Virus record (IMG/VR): IMGVR_UViG_3300027770_000048
Length of the DNA: 64,000 nucleotides
Strand: one strand, 5' to 3'
DNA from: a virus
Taxonomy: Duplodnaviria; Heunggongvirae; Uroviricota; Caudoviricetes
The notes below the pieces were generated by a model. That model saw only the letters and a list, made by a program, of their open reading frames with translations. It ran no database searches and was not told the origin of the DNA. Shown here in pieces: positions 1-9,281 of this stretch. The first letter of the stretch is position 1. Every line of letters begins with the position of its first letter. A program made the position numbers and the translations under genes.

Positions 1-120
1 GATGATGATGAAATGTCCGCTGATATGTTTGCAATCATATTACTAAAAGATAAAGGTTATGATAAAGCAGCACAATTAGTAGAGGACAAATTTGAAGAAA
101 GACATAAAAGAAAATTATAA
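1..120 (+). CDS. hypothetical protein, C-terminal fragment (5' end outside window)
   Basis: Open frame 1 from window edge to TAA at 118-120; same strand and packing as neighbours. Confidence 0.3.
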   Translation, partial: DDDEMSADMFAIILLKDKGYDKAAQLVEDKFEERHKRKL

Positions 121-123
121 GTT

Positions 124-444
124 ATGAGATTAAAATTTGAAATATCACCTGATTTAGCTTCCAAGTTTGAAACAATGTTAGCAAAACAAATGGGTGATGA
201 AGTATGGGGAGTCAATATAAAAGATGAGGATAAACGATATGTGTTTACATTTAGAATGCATGGTAGTGATTGGCATATGGAATTAGATAAATATCCACAC
301 GATACATCTTGGTATACATTACATTGTTCTACTCAAGAATTACATTTACCAATTCATTATATTAAAGACATAAGAATATTTTGTCAGCAAATAGCTAGAG
401 TAAAACAAATGCAAAGTGATTTTATAGACAATAAATTTAAATAA
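124..444 (+). CDS. hypothetical protein (106 aa)
   Basis: ORF track; tightly packed + strand early-type gene, no recognisable domain. Confidence 0.45.
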   Translation: MRLKFEISPDLASKFETMLAKQMGDEVWGVNIKDEDKRYVFTFRMHGSDWHMELDKYPHDTSWYTLHCSTQELHLPIHYIKDIRIFCQQIARVKQMQSDFIDNKFK

Positions 445-445
445 T

Positions 446-793
446 ATGAGACGACCAAAAAACTTTGAAACAATAGATGCAGTAGATTTTGAAATACATG
501 GACATAACTTTCATACTGACTTAGACCTATTACAAAATAAAGAAAAAAGTAGTTGGGTATGGGTATTTCCTGATGGTGGAATATTGGGTGATTATGTGGT
601 TCTATTTGAATTAAAATGGGAGCATGATTGTTATAGTATGAAAAAATGTGTATTGGGTGAAGGTAATACAGGAAATTATATATTCCAAGACCATTTATTA
701 AGTAGTGATATGATGCAAACAAAAGATGAATTTGTCAGTCATATAAAATGGATTATTGAACAAGAAATGAGAGTGGGAACATTCCAAAATTAA
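446..793 (+). CDS. hypothetical protein (115 aa)
   Basis: ORF track; starts 2 nt after previous stop. Confidence 0.45.
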   Translation: MRRPKNFETIDAVDFEIHGHNFHTDLDLLQNKEKSSWVWVFPDGGILGDYVVLFELKWEHDCYSMKKCVLGEGNTGNYIFQDHLLSSDMMQTKDEFVSHIKWIIEQEMRVGTFQN

Positions 794-797
794 AGTT

Positions 798-1214
798 ATG
801 ATTATGAATTACAATATATTACTTTCAATCGTAATGGTATTTTTACCTTACGAAATGGAAATGAAAGAAAAGGAAATAAGTAAAATGATAGAGGGTATAG
901 TACCTGATATTGTTACACTAACCACATACACCGCAAGTGAAAACGAAACGGACTCAACACCAAATATCACAGCAAGTGGTTTTAAGATTGACATAAAGAA
1001 TGCAAAGAGACATAAAATAATTGCAGTCAGTAGAGACCTTAAAAGAAAATTAAAGTTTGGTAGTAAGGTTCGTATTGAAGGAGCAGGTAAGTATAGTGGG
1101 ACATATGTAGTTAAGGATGTAATGAACAAACGATATAAAAAACGAATTGACATTCTCATTAACCCAGATGACAAACAAACAAAATTAAACAAAATTAAAT
1201 TATACAAAATATAA
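798..1214 (+). CDS. hypothetical protein, possible 3D-domain (MltA-like) fold
   Basis: Segment IIAVSRDLKRKLKFGSKVRIEGAGKYSGTYVVKDVMNKRYKKRIDI resembles the 3D domain pattern (iAvd..i.lGtkv.i.g....Y.v.D.g....idi); true start may be an internal Met. Confidence 0.4.
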   Translation: MIMNYNILLSIVMVFLPYEMEMKEKEISKMIEGIVPDIVTLTTYTASENETDSTPNITASGFKIDIKNAKRHKIIAVSRDLKRKLKFGSKVRIEGAGKYSGTYVVKDVMNKRYKKRIDILINPDDKQTKLNKIKLYKI

Positions 1215-1225
1215 AAACAAACAAC

Positions 1226-1429
1226 ATGGCACAAACAGTAACAACACAAATGAATGAATTTAGAAGATTAGAAGATGGTCGTATCGTATTAGATGGATTA
1301 GTCTGGTCTCAACATGCTGAAAAAGCAATAGAAGTGAAAGATGAAGATAATGGGTTCAAAATATTTAATATCAATTTGGATGGAGTAAGTTATTATCCAG
1401 TTGGGTATGACAAACGAAAAAAGAAATAA
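1226..1429 (+). CDS. hypothetical protein (67 aa)
   Basis: ORF track, + strand, packed. Confidence 0.4.
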   Translation: MAQTVTTQMNEFRRLEDGRIVLDGLVWSQHAEKAIEVKDEDNGFKIFNINLDGVSYYPVGYDKRKKK

Positions 1430-1431
1430 TC

Positions 1432-2022
1432 ATGGGACAATATTATAAGATAGTAAATATCAAAAAGAAACAATACATATCACCTCACACATTTGGTGAT
1501 GGTAGTAAGTTAATGGAATTTAGTATGTCCGCAAGTGGTGTATTAGCCGGTTTGGCGATATTACTTGCTGACGGAAATGGTAGAGGTGGTGGAGACTTAC
1601 ATAGTGAAAACGATATCATAGGTAGCTGGGCAGGTGATAACATTGTTGTCGCAGGTGATTACGCCGATACGGGTAAGTTTGTAAAAGAACCTGAACACAC
1701 CTTATATGATGTAGCAAGTAGTGAAGGCGAGGACATATCGGTAAAAGTATTGGAAGCATTATTTGATGACCAATATTTCTTTTCGGAGTTTAGAAAGAAT
1801 AGAGCAGGATGGTCTACCAATGATGCAATAGATGATTTGATTAAACAAAAATTAAAGGACAAAGGATTATCGGACACTAAAAAGTATAAAATTCAATCCT
1901 CAAAGAATCCGAATGTTCAATACAATGTGACTGACGATAATGATAATTGGGAATGTGATTGTCCATCTTATAGATACACAGGAACGGAATGTAAACATAT
2001 TAAACAACTTAAAACAAAATAA
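1432..2022 (+). CDS. hypothetical protein with C-terminal SWIM-type zinc finger
   Basis: C-terminus NWECDCPSYRYTGTECKHIKQL fits the CxCx(n)CxH SWIM pattern. Confidence 0.5.
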   Translation: MGQYYKIVNIKKKQYISPHTFGDGSKLMEFSMSASGVLAGLAILLADGNGRGGGDLHSENDIIGSWAGDNIVVAGDYADTGKFVKEPEHTLYDVASSEGEDISVKVLEALFDDQYFFSEFRKNRAGWSTNDAIDDLIKQKLKDKGLSDTKKYKIQSSKNPNVQYNVTDDNDNWECDCPSYRYTGTECKHIKQLKTK

Positions 2023-2023
2023 A

Positions 2024-2698
2024 ATGCAAGGTAAAGAAAGTGATAAAAAAGATTTAAAACTTAGTGCTCTATTAGCATTATGTATATTATTTGCACTTAT
2101 AGCAGCAGGACTTATGGGTTGTAGTAAAGATGTAGACATATATGATAATAGTGTTGAATTTAAAAAAGTCAATTCTATTAGAATATGGAAACCTTTGGAA
2201 AAACCCAATGTAGATGTAATTGTTGATACAAGATTACTAAAAGACCAAAATGGTTATTCGATATTTAAATTGTATTCAATGGAAACACAAAACTTACATA
2301 GAATAACGGGTAAAATATTATTCAATGGAATTGCACCCAGACCGAGTGAACAGGCCGAATGGGAAAGCAATTTGTATTGGTGGATAAATAAAGATGATAC
2401 TATTGTCAAATTTACTAAAACTTATTTTAACGAATATACTGGACAATTGACAACATCACAATTACCCGCATTGATTTCAAATGTAAACGCAATTGTCCCT
2501 ACAATAAATAAAACATCTCAAAGTGATTTACAAACGGGTGAGATAAATACAGTCATTGCTCCTATGTGGGAAATGAAAGGTGATACAATGATTATTACTT
2601 GCAAAGTAAAATATTGGTATCCGTATGAAACGGATGGACTTTCGGAAAAATATAAAGTAGACTCTATAACAAAATATCAAAAAATAATTTTGAAATAA
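2024..2698 (+). CDS. putative lipoprotein
   Basis: Start moved to ATG 2024 to avoid overlap; N-terminus KLSALLALCILFALIAAGLMGCSKD is a signal peptide with lipobox LMGC. Confidence 0.5.
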   Translation: MQGKESDKKDLKLSALLALCILFALIAAGLMGCSKDVDIYDNSVEFKKVNSIRIWKPLEKPNVDVIVDTRLLKDQNGYSIFKLYSMETQNLHRITGKILFNGIAPRPSEQAEWESNLYWWINKDDTIVKFTKTYFNEYTGQLTTSQLPALISNVNAIVPTINKTSQSDLQTGEINTVIAPMWEMKGDTMIITCKVKYWYPYETDGLSEKYKVDSITKYQKIILK

Positions 2699-2735
2699 CA
2701 AATAATTAGTGTATATTTACTAAAAGAAAATAATT

Positions 2736-2993
2736 ATGAGTAAGATAAACAACGAATTTATGAAACAGCAATTGACAGGTTCTATTGGTGGTGATGAAGA
2801 TTTTTTATACGAACAATATATTGCCCAAGAACAAATGAACGAAGAATATTGGAAGTGGAGAAATGTTCAAAGTCATTCTATATTTCCAGATGAAGTTCAG
2901 TATGACGATGAATATTACAAATCTAGTTATCTACCAACACCCGATGAAGAGACAGAAAACTATAAACAAACAAAACAAAATGGAAATACTTAG
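2736..2993 (+). CDS. hypothetical protein (85 aa)
   Basis: ORF track. Confidence 0.4.
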   Translation: MSKINNEFMKQQLTGSIGGDEDFLYEQYIAQEQMNEEYWKWRNVQSHSIFPDEVQYDDEYYKSSYLPTPDEETENYKQTKQNGNT

Positions 2994-3318
2994 TGAAATA
3001 ATTGAAATCTCTGATGAAATGGTAAATAGTTTAGAAGAGGATGGTTTTTTTGAGGAACACCAATTCATAGATAGAATACCATTAAAGAGAGCTCTACAAA
3101 TTGCAATGCAAAGAAAGTGGGAGCAAGAAGATAATATGCTTCTAACTGATAAAGAATTTTTAGAAGTTTGTAAAAGTGTATCTAACAAATCAATAGGTAA
3201 AACAATTGAGAATTTGGTAGACAGAGGTGCATTGAATATGAGTGTAAATGAAGATGGTGAAATACTATATTCAGCAAACAAAGATTTTCAATTTGATAAA
3301 TATGATGACGATGAATAA
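2980..3318 (+). CDS. hypothetical acidic protein
   Basis: ORF 2863-3318 trimmed to ATG 2980 (MEILSEII...) to remove the long overlap with the upstream gene. Confidence 0.4.
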   Translation: MEILSEIIEISDEMVNSLEEDGFFEEHQFIDRIPLKRALQIAMQRKWEQEDNMLLTDKEFLEVCKSVSNKSIGKTIENLVDRGALNMSVNEDGEILYSANKDFQFDKYDDDE

Positions 3319-3661
3319 TGATTTAGAAACGGAGGCAATAGATATAGCATCCAAAATTACAAAAGAATTAAAAATTGATGGATACTTTGAACAATATTCT
3401 GGTATAGATGAAACTATTTTTCAAAAATATCTAAAAATTTTTATTTTAAAAAAATTAAAAGATAATGATGAAAATGAATTGGTTATTTTAGATGAAGATT
3501 TATACAAAATATCAACAGATGCTGCACAAGAAAGTATTGAAATATTGGTAAATAAAACCATAACTGAAAAACAAGAAGAAATAGAAAAATTAATTCAATC
3601 AGCACAAACAAATACAAATGGATTTCAACAAAACAGACGAAGAAATAAAAAAAATGTCTGA
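3302..3661 (+). CDS. hypothetical protein
   Basis: ORF 3248-3661 trimmed to in-frame ATG 3302. Confidence 0.4.
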   Translation: MMTMNNDLETEAIDIASKITKELKIDGYFEQYSGIDETIFQKYLKIFILKKLKDNDENELVILDEDLYKISTDAAQESIEILVNKTITEKQEEIEKLIQSAQTNTNGFQQNRRRNKKNV

Positions 3662-3875
3662 TGATGAATTATTTGAGTATTTAGATGCAAAAGCATTACA
3701 CTTAAAACAATACACATCACCATTGAGTAGTTATAAAACAAAAAAGTTTGCAAGTATTGGAGCAGCAATATCCAATACCGAATTTGACTACGATAGTGTA
3801 AAGCAAATAGCAAAAGAGAACGAACAAAAAGGATACGAAAAATTTATAAAAGATAAAAACAAAAACAATGAATAG
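3654..3875 (+). CDS. hypothetical protein
   Basis: ORF 3618-3875 trimmed to in-frame ATG 3654 (MSDDELFEYL). Confidence 0.35.
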   Translation: MSDDELFEYLDAKALHLKQYTSPLSSYKTKKFASIGAAISNTEFDYDSVKQIAKENEQKGYEKFIKDKNKNNE

Positions 3876-4512
3876 TAATTTTACAACAAACATGAACAAA
3901 GCATCAAAATTTACAGCAGAAACCTACGGAACAAAAATAACAGTAGAAGTTGACCATAGTGATTTGAGCTTAGATGAAGTAATGGATGTATTCCAAACTT
4001 TAATTATTGGTATGGGTTATCACGAAAACTCATTTAAGAATTGGGTAACAGAAAGAGCTGTTGAATACAACGAAACGGATGCAGAGGACTTAAAAGAAAA
4101 ATTAGAAGCATGGAAATTTGAAGATGATGATAATGAATTAAGGCATCATAATTCTTTTTGGCAAGGATATGAAGCATCAAAAAAAGATAGTGAGGGATAT
4201 GAAAGTGGTGAATTGGAAAATGATTTCTTTGGTCAAATAGATGAAAGTGAAAAAAGAATGGATATCATAGGTCAAAATGGAAACGAAGGATTGCATTATA
4301 GAGCAACACAAGAGGATGAAGATGAATTTTCAAACGATGGTGGATTTGATGGTAAAGCACATTTTGAATGGGGAGATGAACCAGAAGATGACGGAGATTT
4401 ATTTGAAGGTGATTCGTGGGTAGCAAATGAAAAGTTAGTTGAAGCAAACGAACGATATAAAAGTGAAGTGAAAAAGAAAATGAATTCTAAAAAAAGAAAC
4501 AATAAAAACTAA
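3868..4512 (+). CDS. hypothetical highly acidic protein (214 aa)
   Basis: ORF track; D/E-rich. Confidence 0.45.
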   Translation: MNSNFTTNMNKASKFTAETYGTKITVEVDHSDLSLDEVMDVFQTLIIGMGYHENSFKNWVTERAVEYNETDAEDLKEKLEAWKFEDDDNELRHHNSFWQGYEASKKDSEGYESGELENDFFGQIDESEKRMDIIGQNGNEGLHYRATQEDEDEFSNDGGFDGKAHFEWGDEPEDDGDLFEGDSWVANEKLVEANERYKSEVKKKMNSKKRNNKN

Positions 4513-4715
4513 TGGGATTCAATCATTGCTACCTTACAAGTGTTAAAGACTTAGAACGACATTTAGATAATGTTGGTTTAGAAAAGTTTATTAAGAACTA
4601 TCGTAGTTATGATGCCTTATCGGGTCCAAGTGAATGTTTTGAGTTTATAGAAGAAAAAATAAAAGAATATGGGTTACAACAAATTTCGATGGTGGACAAA
4701 GGGGAGACCCAATAA
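4512..4715 (+). CDS. hypothetical protein (67 aa)
   Basis: ORF track; start overlaps previous stop. Confidence 0.4.
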   Translation: MGFNHCYLTSVKDLERHLDNVGLEKFIKNYRSYDALSGPSECFEFIEEKIKEYGLQQISMVDKGETQ

Positions 4716-5148
4716 ACCATTAAAAGCAGACGCACCTTTGTTATTAAAAATTCGTAACGGAGATTTTAACTATTCATATATGTTTAGTGAAGCAATTGAA
4801 ATGAGAGAAACGCAACACAAAGTGTATCAACAGGCATATGACAATTATGGTGGAACGGATGAAAGGAATAGAATACAGGCTGCATTGGAAGCATCACAAA
4901 TGAAACGAGTTAAAGCATTGAAGTTAGAATTTGAAGCAAACAAAGATGAGCAGATGTTATTGTGGAAACTACGAAGTGAACTTACAAAAGAGTTCGGAAA
5001 GGATTTGTGGGATAAAGCAATGGAACGAAGTCGAGGTAAAGGAACATTGGAAGATTTGTATTTTTGGTATAAAAAACAATGCAAAATTGGCACAACTATA
5101 AGTGAAATTGATATTCAATTAAAACGAAAGAATACATATTTATCTTAA
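4669..5148 (+). CDS. hypothetical protein (159 aa)
   Basis: ORF track; real start may be downstream. Confidence 0.4.
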   Translation: MGYNKFRWWTKGRPNKPLKADAPLLLKIRNGDFNYSYMFSEAIEMRETQHKVYQQAYDNYGGTDERNRIQAALEASQMKRVKALKLEFEANKDEQMLLWKLRSELTKEFGKDLWDKAMERSRGKGTLEDLYFWYKKQCKIGTTISEIDIQLKRKNTYLS

Positions 5149-5517
5149 ATGAAAGCAGAACCAATTATATTGCATATAAATTTAGAAAATCAATCCGTTC
5201 CCGAATGGTTGGAGCAAAATAGATATGTAATATTTTCGGAGTTAATCAGATATTCCGAAAAATTAATCAAAGAAAATTTAGATAGCATACAGGCAATAAT
5301 GGTATCAAATTATTATGATAATATTGTGTTCATAGTTAAAAGGGAAAATATTAAAATTACTTTGGATAAAGCAATGAAATATTTTTTATCAATAGAGGAA
5401 TACGAACAATGTGGCAAAATTCGTGATTTGTATATACTTATTGAAAACCTAAAAAATGAAACAACAAATATTAAAATTGGTAAATCAAATAAAAGAGGAC
5501 TTAAAAGCAATAGATAA
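5149..5517 (+). CDS. hypothetical protein (122 aa)
   Basis: ORF track; starts immediately after previous stop. Confidence 0.45.
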   Translation: MKAEPIILHINLENQSVPEWLEQNRYVIFSELIRYSEKLIKENLDSIQAIMVSNYYDNIVFIVKRENIKITLDKAMKYFLSIEEYEQCGKIRDLYILIENLKNETTNIKIGKSNKRGLKSNR

Positions 5518-5638
5518 AGATGGTGTATCACATCCATTAATTGATAATGTTTATGAGAGATTAGAATTGATTGAAGATGAAATTTATGAAGATGATGCAG
5601 CAGCAGATGCATTATCATTTGAGGATGAGGATTATTAA
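5456..5638 (+). CDS. hypothetical small acidic protein (60 aa)
   Basis: ORF track; overlaps the 3' end of the upstream gene in another frame. Confidence 0.3.
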   Translation: MKQQILKLVNQIKEDLKAIDKDGVSHPLIDNVYERLELIEDEIYEDDAAADALSFEDEDY

Positions 5639-5649
5639 AACAAAACAAA

Positions 5650-5991
5650 ATGAATAGGTTATTACAAGGTATCTTTTATGGTATCTTTGGGCAGGTATTG
5701 TCCTTTTTACAATTACAAGGTAGTATAAAATACGGATGGTTTCAAAAGTACCCAATATTAGTTTTATTGAGTGCATTACCATCAACATGGTTGTATATTA
5801 AATCAGTAGAACATTTAGTTGCATGGGGTGATGGTCAATTGTGGCCAAGTAGATTAATTGGATTTGGTATTGGTATTATTATATTCGTAACATTGAGTAT
5901 GATATTATTCAAAGAACCATTGACACTAAAAACATTAACTTGTTTGTTATTAGCAGCAAGTATTTTATTAGTACAAATCTTTTGGAAATAA
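5650..5991 (+). CDS. hypothetical membrane protein (~4 TM)
   Basis: Several hydrophobic helices (LIGFGIGIIIFVTLSMILF, LLLAASILLVQIFW). Confidence 0.5.
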   Translation: MNRLLQGIFYGIFGQVLSFLQLQGSIKYGWFQKYPILVLLSALPSTWLYIKSVEHLVAWGDGQLWPSRLIGFGIGIIIFVTLSMILFKEPLTLKTLTCLLLAASILLVQIFWK

Positions 5992-6233
5992 TGAGAAAAA
6001 TAGAAACGGCAAAAGTTGGTGAAGACTTATACGAAATTATAAAGAGATTACCAATACAAAGATTTACACAAGAAGTAACGGGTGAATATGCAGAGGCATT
6101 AAAAAAGTATTACGGAGTTGAAAAAATATTAAAATTTCATCAAACACAGGAATACTTATTCGTGAATTTAATAGAAGAATTACAAATAATAACAAATGAT
6201 AACAAAGAAACAAGCGAAAGCAACCAATCGTAA
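5991..6233 (+). CDS. hypothetical protein
   Basis: ORF 5940-6233 trimmed to ATG 5991 (MRKIETAKVG). Confidence 0.4.
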   Translation: MRKIETAKVGEDLYEIIKRLPIQRFTQEVTGEYAEALKKYYGVEKILKFHQTQEYLFVNLIEELQIITNDNKETSESNQS

Positions 6234-6321
6234 AGCGATGGTGAACAAAACGAGAAGTGAACAATTAAAAAAGAAAAACTATCGTAGACATACATAAAAT
6301 TCTTGCATGCCATGCGAAATG

Positions 6322-6352
6322 GGATGTCACAAATTGTGATGTCCCATTTTTA
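6322..6352 (+). terminator. rho-independent terminator-like hairpin
   Basis: gggatgtcacaaattgtgatgtccc forms an 11-bp stem (2 GU wobbles) followed by atttttattt. Confidence 0.45.
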
Positions 6353-6384
6353 TTTGGTAATGTCAAAAATTTGTCGTATATTTA
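6353..6384 (+). promoter_or_regulatory. conserved phage promoter element (Bacteroidetes sigma-A type)
   Basis: tttggtaatgtcaaaaatttgtcgtatattta; TTTG + 20 nt + TAtaTTTa; ATG of the next gene is ~18 nt downstream. Confidence 0.6.
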
Positions 6385-6401
6385 AGTATTAAAAAGAAGT
6401 T

Positions 6402-6941
6402 ATGTTTGATAAGTTAGTAGATTTATTAGTTAGATTTAGTATGGATATATTGCCATTTGTTATTGTAGAACAATGGAATGGTGCAGTACAGTTAAGATTT
6501 GGAAAGTTTATAAAAGTATTATATCCTGGTATTCATTTTAAGATACCATTTTTTGATTCTATTATTGAATGTCCTGTTATTACTCAGTCAGTCAATTTAC
6601 CCTCACAAACTTTAACCACATTAGACGATGAAAGTATTGTATTAAAATCAATTATCAGATACAAAGTAAGTAATATTAGAACTTACCTATTGGGAGTGAT
6701 GCACGCAAACGATGTCCTAATTGATACGACACAGGGAATGATTAGAGATGTGGTGGAGTTGACAACATGGGATGACTTAGTGGATGTAAACGAAACAATA
6801 ACTAACAAAGTAAAAGAATATGTAGTTAGGTGGGGAATAGAAGTCGAAGCAGTAACAATTACAGATTTGGGAATTGTAAAAAGTTTCCGTATATTTGGAG
6901 ACGAAGCACACAAAACAACAATACTACCAACCGATATATAA
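6402..6941 (+). CDS. hypothetical protein (179 aa)
   Basis: ORF track; first gene after the promoter element. Confidence 0.5.
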   Translation: MFDKLVDLLVRFSMDILPFVIVEQWNGAVQLRFGKFIKVLYPGIHFKIPFFDSIIECPVITQSVNLPSQTLTTLDDESIVLKSIIRYKVSNIRTYLLGVMHANDVLIDTTQGMIRDVVELTTWDDLVDVNETITNKVKEYVVRWGIEVEAVTITDLGIVKSFRIFGDEAHKTTILPTDI

Positions 6942-7138
6942 TGGATAAAAGATACGCAAAACAAATAATAGAATGGGCAGAGGACGCAAAACAAACCCTA
7001 ACCATTCGTAAAGAAATTATAATAGATGAAAGTGTTACCGATGAAAAATTGGGTAATATTATTCGTATGATGTATAAAGCAAAAGTGGAAACACAAAACG
7101 AACAAATTAAACACGCAAAACAAAAAACAGAATTATGA
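6941..7138 (+). CDS. hypothetical protein
   Basis: ORF 6830-7138 trimmed to ATG 6941 (MDKRYAKQ) forming a TAATG junction. Confidence 0.4.
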   Translation: MDKRYAKQIIEWAEDAKQTLTIRKEIIIDESVTDEKLGNIIRMMYKAKVETQNEQIKHAKQKTEL

Positions 7139-7323
7139 AAAAATGGTTTATAGCAAACAACGCAACACAAATAAATAAAGATGTAGTCAATGTATTACCT
7201 TTTATTAAAGTATGGTATAGTAAGAAATACTTTTTAGGCAAGGGAGCATTCACACCGGCATTTGGAATAGCAATTAGTTGGTTAAAATGGAATTACTATT
7301 TGACAATACAAAAGAATAAATAA
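7135..7323 (+). CDS. hypothetical protein (62 aa)
   Basis: ORF track; ATGA overlap. Confidence 0.35.
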   Translation: MKKWFIANNATQINKDVVNVLPFIKVWYSKKYFLGKGAFTPAFGIAISWLKWNYYLTIQKNK

Positions 7324-7508
7324 TGAAATCCGAAAAGGTTATGGCACTCTACAAACGAAAAAAAGAACTACAAGAACAAATTATATATTGGGAAAAATTC
7401 CAGGGTGTCAATTGGTTAGGTAAGTGGGGTAGAAGTGTTAGGTTAGAAGTATTGAAAGAAAAATTTGAAAGGATAGAAAAACAAATAAGTAAACTGAAAA
7501 ATAAATAA
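7323..7508 (+). CDS. hypothetical basic coiled-coil protein (61 aa)
   Basis: ORF track. Confidence 0.4.
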   Translation: MKSEKVMALYKRKKELQEQIIYWEKFQGVNWLGKWGRSVRLEVLKEKFERIEKQISKLKNK

Positions 7509-7511
7509 GTT

Positions 7512-7895
7512 ATGGAAATTATAATAACACTAATTGTATTGATTATCGTATTTGGTATTGGATTTTTAGTAGGAGCAAAACAAGGTAGAAACCAATTAGT
7601 CAATCAAATTAAAAAGGATGGCGGGTATTATGATATGGAATATACATCATCAGCCTATCCAATTTTAGACCCAACAAGTTCAATAAATAATGATACAATG
7701 GGCACAATAGGTAGTAAACCAAAAACACAAACCGATTATCAAATGGAACATAAAGCAGAAGGTGAAACACCGGCTATTGATTTTATGCATAATTGGATAC
7801 AAGAAAAGAGTGGGAAAAAACCCGTATCTCAAAAAAGAAAACCCAAAACTACAAAGGAGTGGGAGGATGAATTTGACATTGGAGGAAATTCGTAA
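7512..7895 (+). CDS. hypothetical membrane-anchored protein
   Basis: N-terminal TM helix IIITLIVLIIVFGIGFLVGA. Confidence 0.45.
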   Translation: MEIIITLIVLIIVFGIGFLVGAKQGRNQLVNQIKKDGGYYDMEYTSSAYPILDPTSSINNDTMGTIGSKPKTQTDYQMEHKAEGETPAIDFMHNWIQEKSGKKPVSQKRKPKTTKEWEDEFDIGGNS

Positions 7896-7898
7896 TAT

Positions 7899-8117
7899 AT
7901 GAAATGGTTATTAGTTTTATTATTTCCATTATCAGTATCAGCACAAGTTTATGATACTACCTATCAAATGGTATATTATCAAAAGAGTTTAATAAAGAAA
8001 GGTAAGATTGAATTATATGTTTATAGTTCATATGATATAGGCTGGGCAGATGAAAGTGGAATGGGTATAACAATAACAATACCTAACAAAAGAAAAAAGA
8101 AAAAGTATAAACATTGA
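7899..8117 (+). CDS. hypothetical secreted small protein
   Basis: N-terminal signal peptide MKWLLVLLFPLSVSAQ. Confidence 0.4.
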   Translation: MKWLLVLLFPLSVSAQVYDTTYQMVYYQKSLIKKGKIELYVYSSYDIGWADESGMGITITIPNKRKKKKYKH

Positions 8118-8557
8118 GTTGGACTTGCAGATATTGTGGTAAAGATACATCGGATATAGATTATGATTATCTGGATGGATATGACCATTTATCATGTGCA
8201 CTAAATAATAACAAAATGAAAATAACAAATTTGAAAATAAGTAATCCTGAAAAGATTAACACAAAGAATTTATGTTTAGATAAGTCAACGATTGATATAA
8301 ACTACATGGGTCACAAAGCTAAAGTAAAAGATTATGGAAATGTTGCATATACCTTTTATGAATTTATAGCTACAAAAGATTACAATAGTCAATCTACTAT
8401 ATTTCAAATAGAGGATGAGATAAAAAACAACAAAGTTGAAGTTACCATATTAAAATCTGGTAAGATGACGATTGATGAATTTTCTATTGAATTGATAAAA
8501 GATAGGAGCAAGTTGATAAACAAAATGATTGAGTGGGTAAACGAAAAAGTATCATAA
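8114..8557 (+). CDS. hypothetical protein with N-terminal Zn-ribbon
   Basis: WTCRYCGKD ... HLSCAL gives a CxxC...C pattern. Confidence 0.45.
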   Translation: MSWTCRYCGKDTSDIDYDYLDGYDHLSCALNNNKMKITNLKISNPEKINTKNLCLDKSTIDINYMGHKAKVKDYGNVAYTFYEFIATKDYNSQSTIFQIEDEIKNNKVEVTILKSGKMTIDEFSIELIKDRSKLINKMIEWVNEKVS

Positions 8558-9006
8558 TGAAAATAAAAGGTTGGGAAAAAATAAGTGGATATACATACAA
8601 AGGATATACAATAGTTAATCCAATGCACAATGCAAATGAAACAAAGTATGAAGCAACTGTATTAAACTTAAACTTACCACAAAAACCAAAATGGGAATTA
8701 TCAGTATTGACACCGCAACATAAATTTATAGTAGGTGAAAATACTGCAGATGGTATATTTTTTATATCAATGTGGGATGATAATAAATTTAGTGCAAGTC
8801 GTAAAATGAATAAACAAATGATGAAGTCTATTTCAAATTTCAGACAAACATTTGAGGAAATGGTGGATGAAATATTGAAAATACAAATAACATCGGCACC
8901 CCGTAGTAGTTCGTTAAATAGTGGAAATACAATACCATACGGACAAATGGTTCAAACTACACAAAGTTTATTAGCACAAATAAAAAAAGTAAATACAATA
9001 TGCTAA
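8557..9006 (+). CDS. hypothetical protein
   Basis: ORF 8533-9006 trimmed to ATG 8557 (MKIKGWEK) with a TAATG junction. Confidence 0.45.
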   Translation: MKIKGWEKISGYTYKGYTIVNPMHNANETKYEATVLNLNLPQKPKWELSVLTPQHKFIVGENTADGIFFISMWDDNKFSASRKMNKQMMKSISNFRQTFEEMVDEILKIQITSAPRSSSLNSGNTIPYGQMVQTTQSLLAQIKKVNTIC

Positions 9007-9281
9007 CAATAAATAATTTAGACAAAATAGTTAGATACCCGATAGGATATACCTTTCGTGTTAAGTCAATGGTATTAGGTCATACAAATTATCATATCAG
9101 TTTAATAGATGGTAAAGGTGGATGTAGAGACTTAAAACTTAATCGTATAAAAGGTAGACGAGGTTTATATAAATTATCATACGGAAACTATTTATTACAT
9201 TTGAAATTTTCAGACATACACAATTTAGATTTATTTTGTGCACAAATAAAACAATTAATAATTTTCCATGTTAACAATTAA
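9000..9281 (+). CDS. hypothetical protein, paralog of the next gene
   Basis: Both start MLTI(N/K)N... and are of similar length. Confidence 0.4.
   Translation: MLTINNLDKIVRYPIGYTFRVKSMVLGHTNYHISLIDGKGGCRDLKLNRIKGRRGLYKLSYGNYLLHLKFSDIHNLDLFCAQIKQLIIFHVNN

Noticed and set aside
1940-2022. Long overlapping N-terminal extensions of several ORF-track entries (1940, 2863, 3248, 5940, 6830, 8533, 16908, 26572)
   Set aside because: The extensions overlap upstream genes by 50-130 nt and are Leu/Ile-rich. Internal ATGs give compact TAATG/ATGA-type junctions, so the shorter versions are preferred.
384-8628. Numerous minus-strand ORFs of 60-130 aa throughout the window (e.g. 384-722, 848-1249, 1900-2208, 2931-3281, 6683-6994, 6859-7170, 12185-12469, 13976-14350, 16493-16936, 29999-30373, 37584-37991, 46122-46505)
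   Set aside because: All lie antisense within well-supported + strand genes. They have Leu/Phe/Ile-rich low-complexity translations typical of AT-rich antisense frames and lack promoter copies or start context, so they are spurious.
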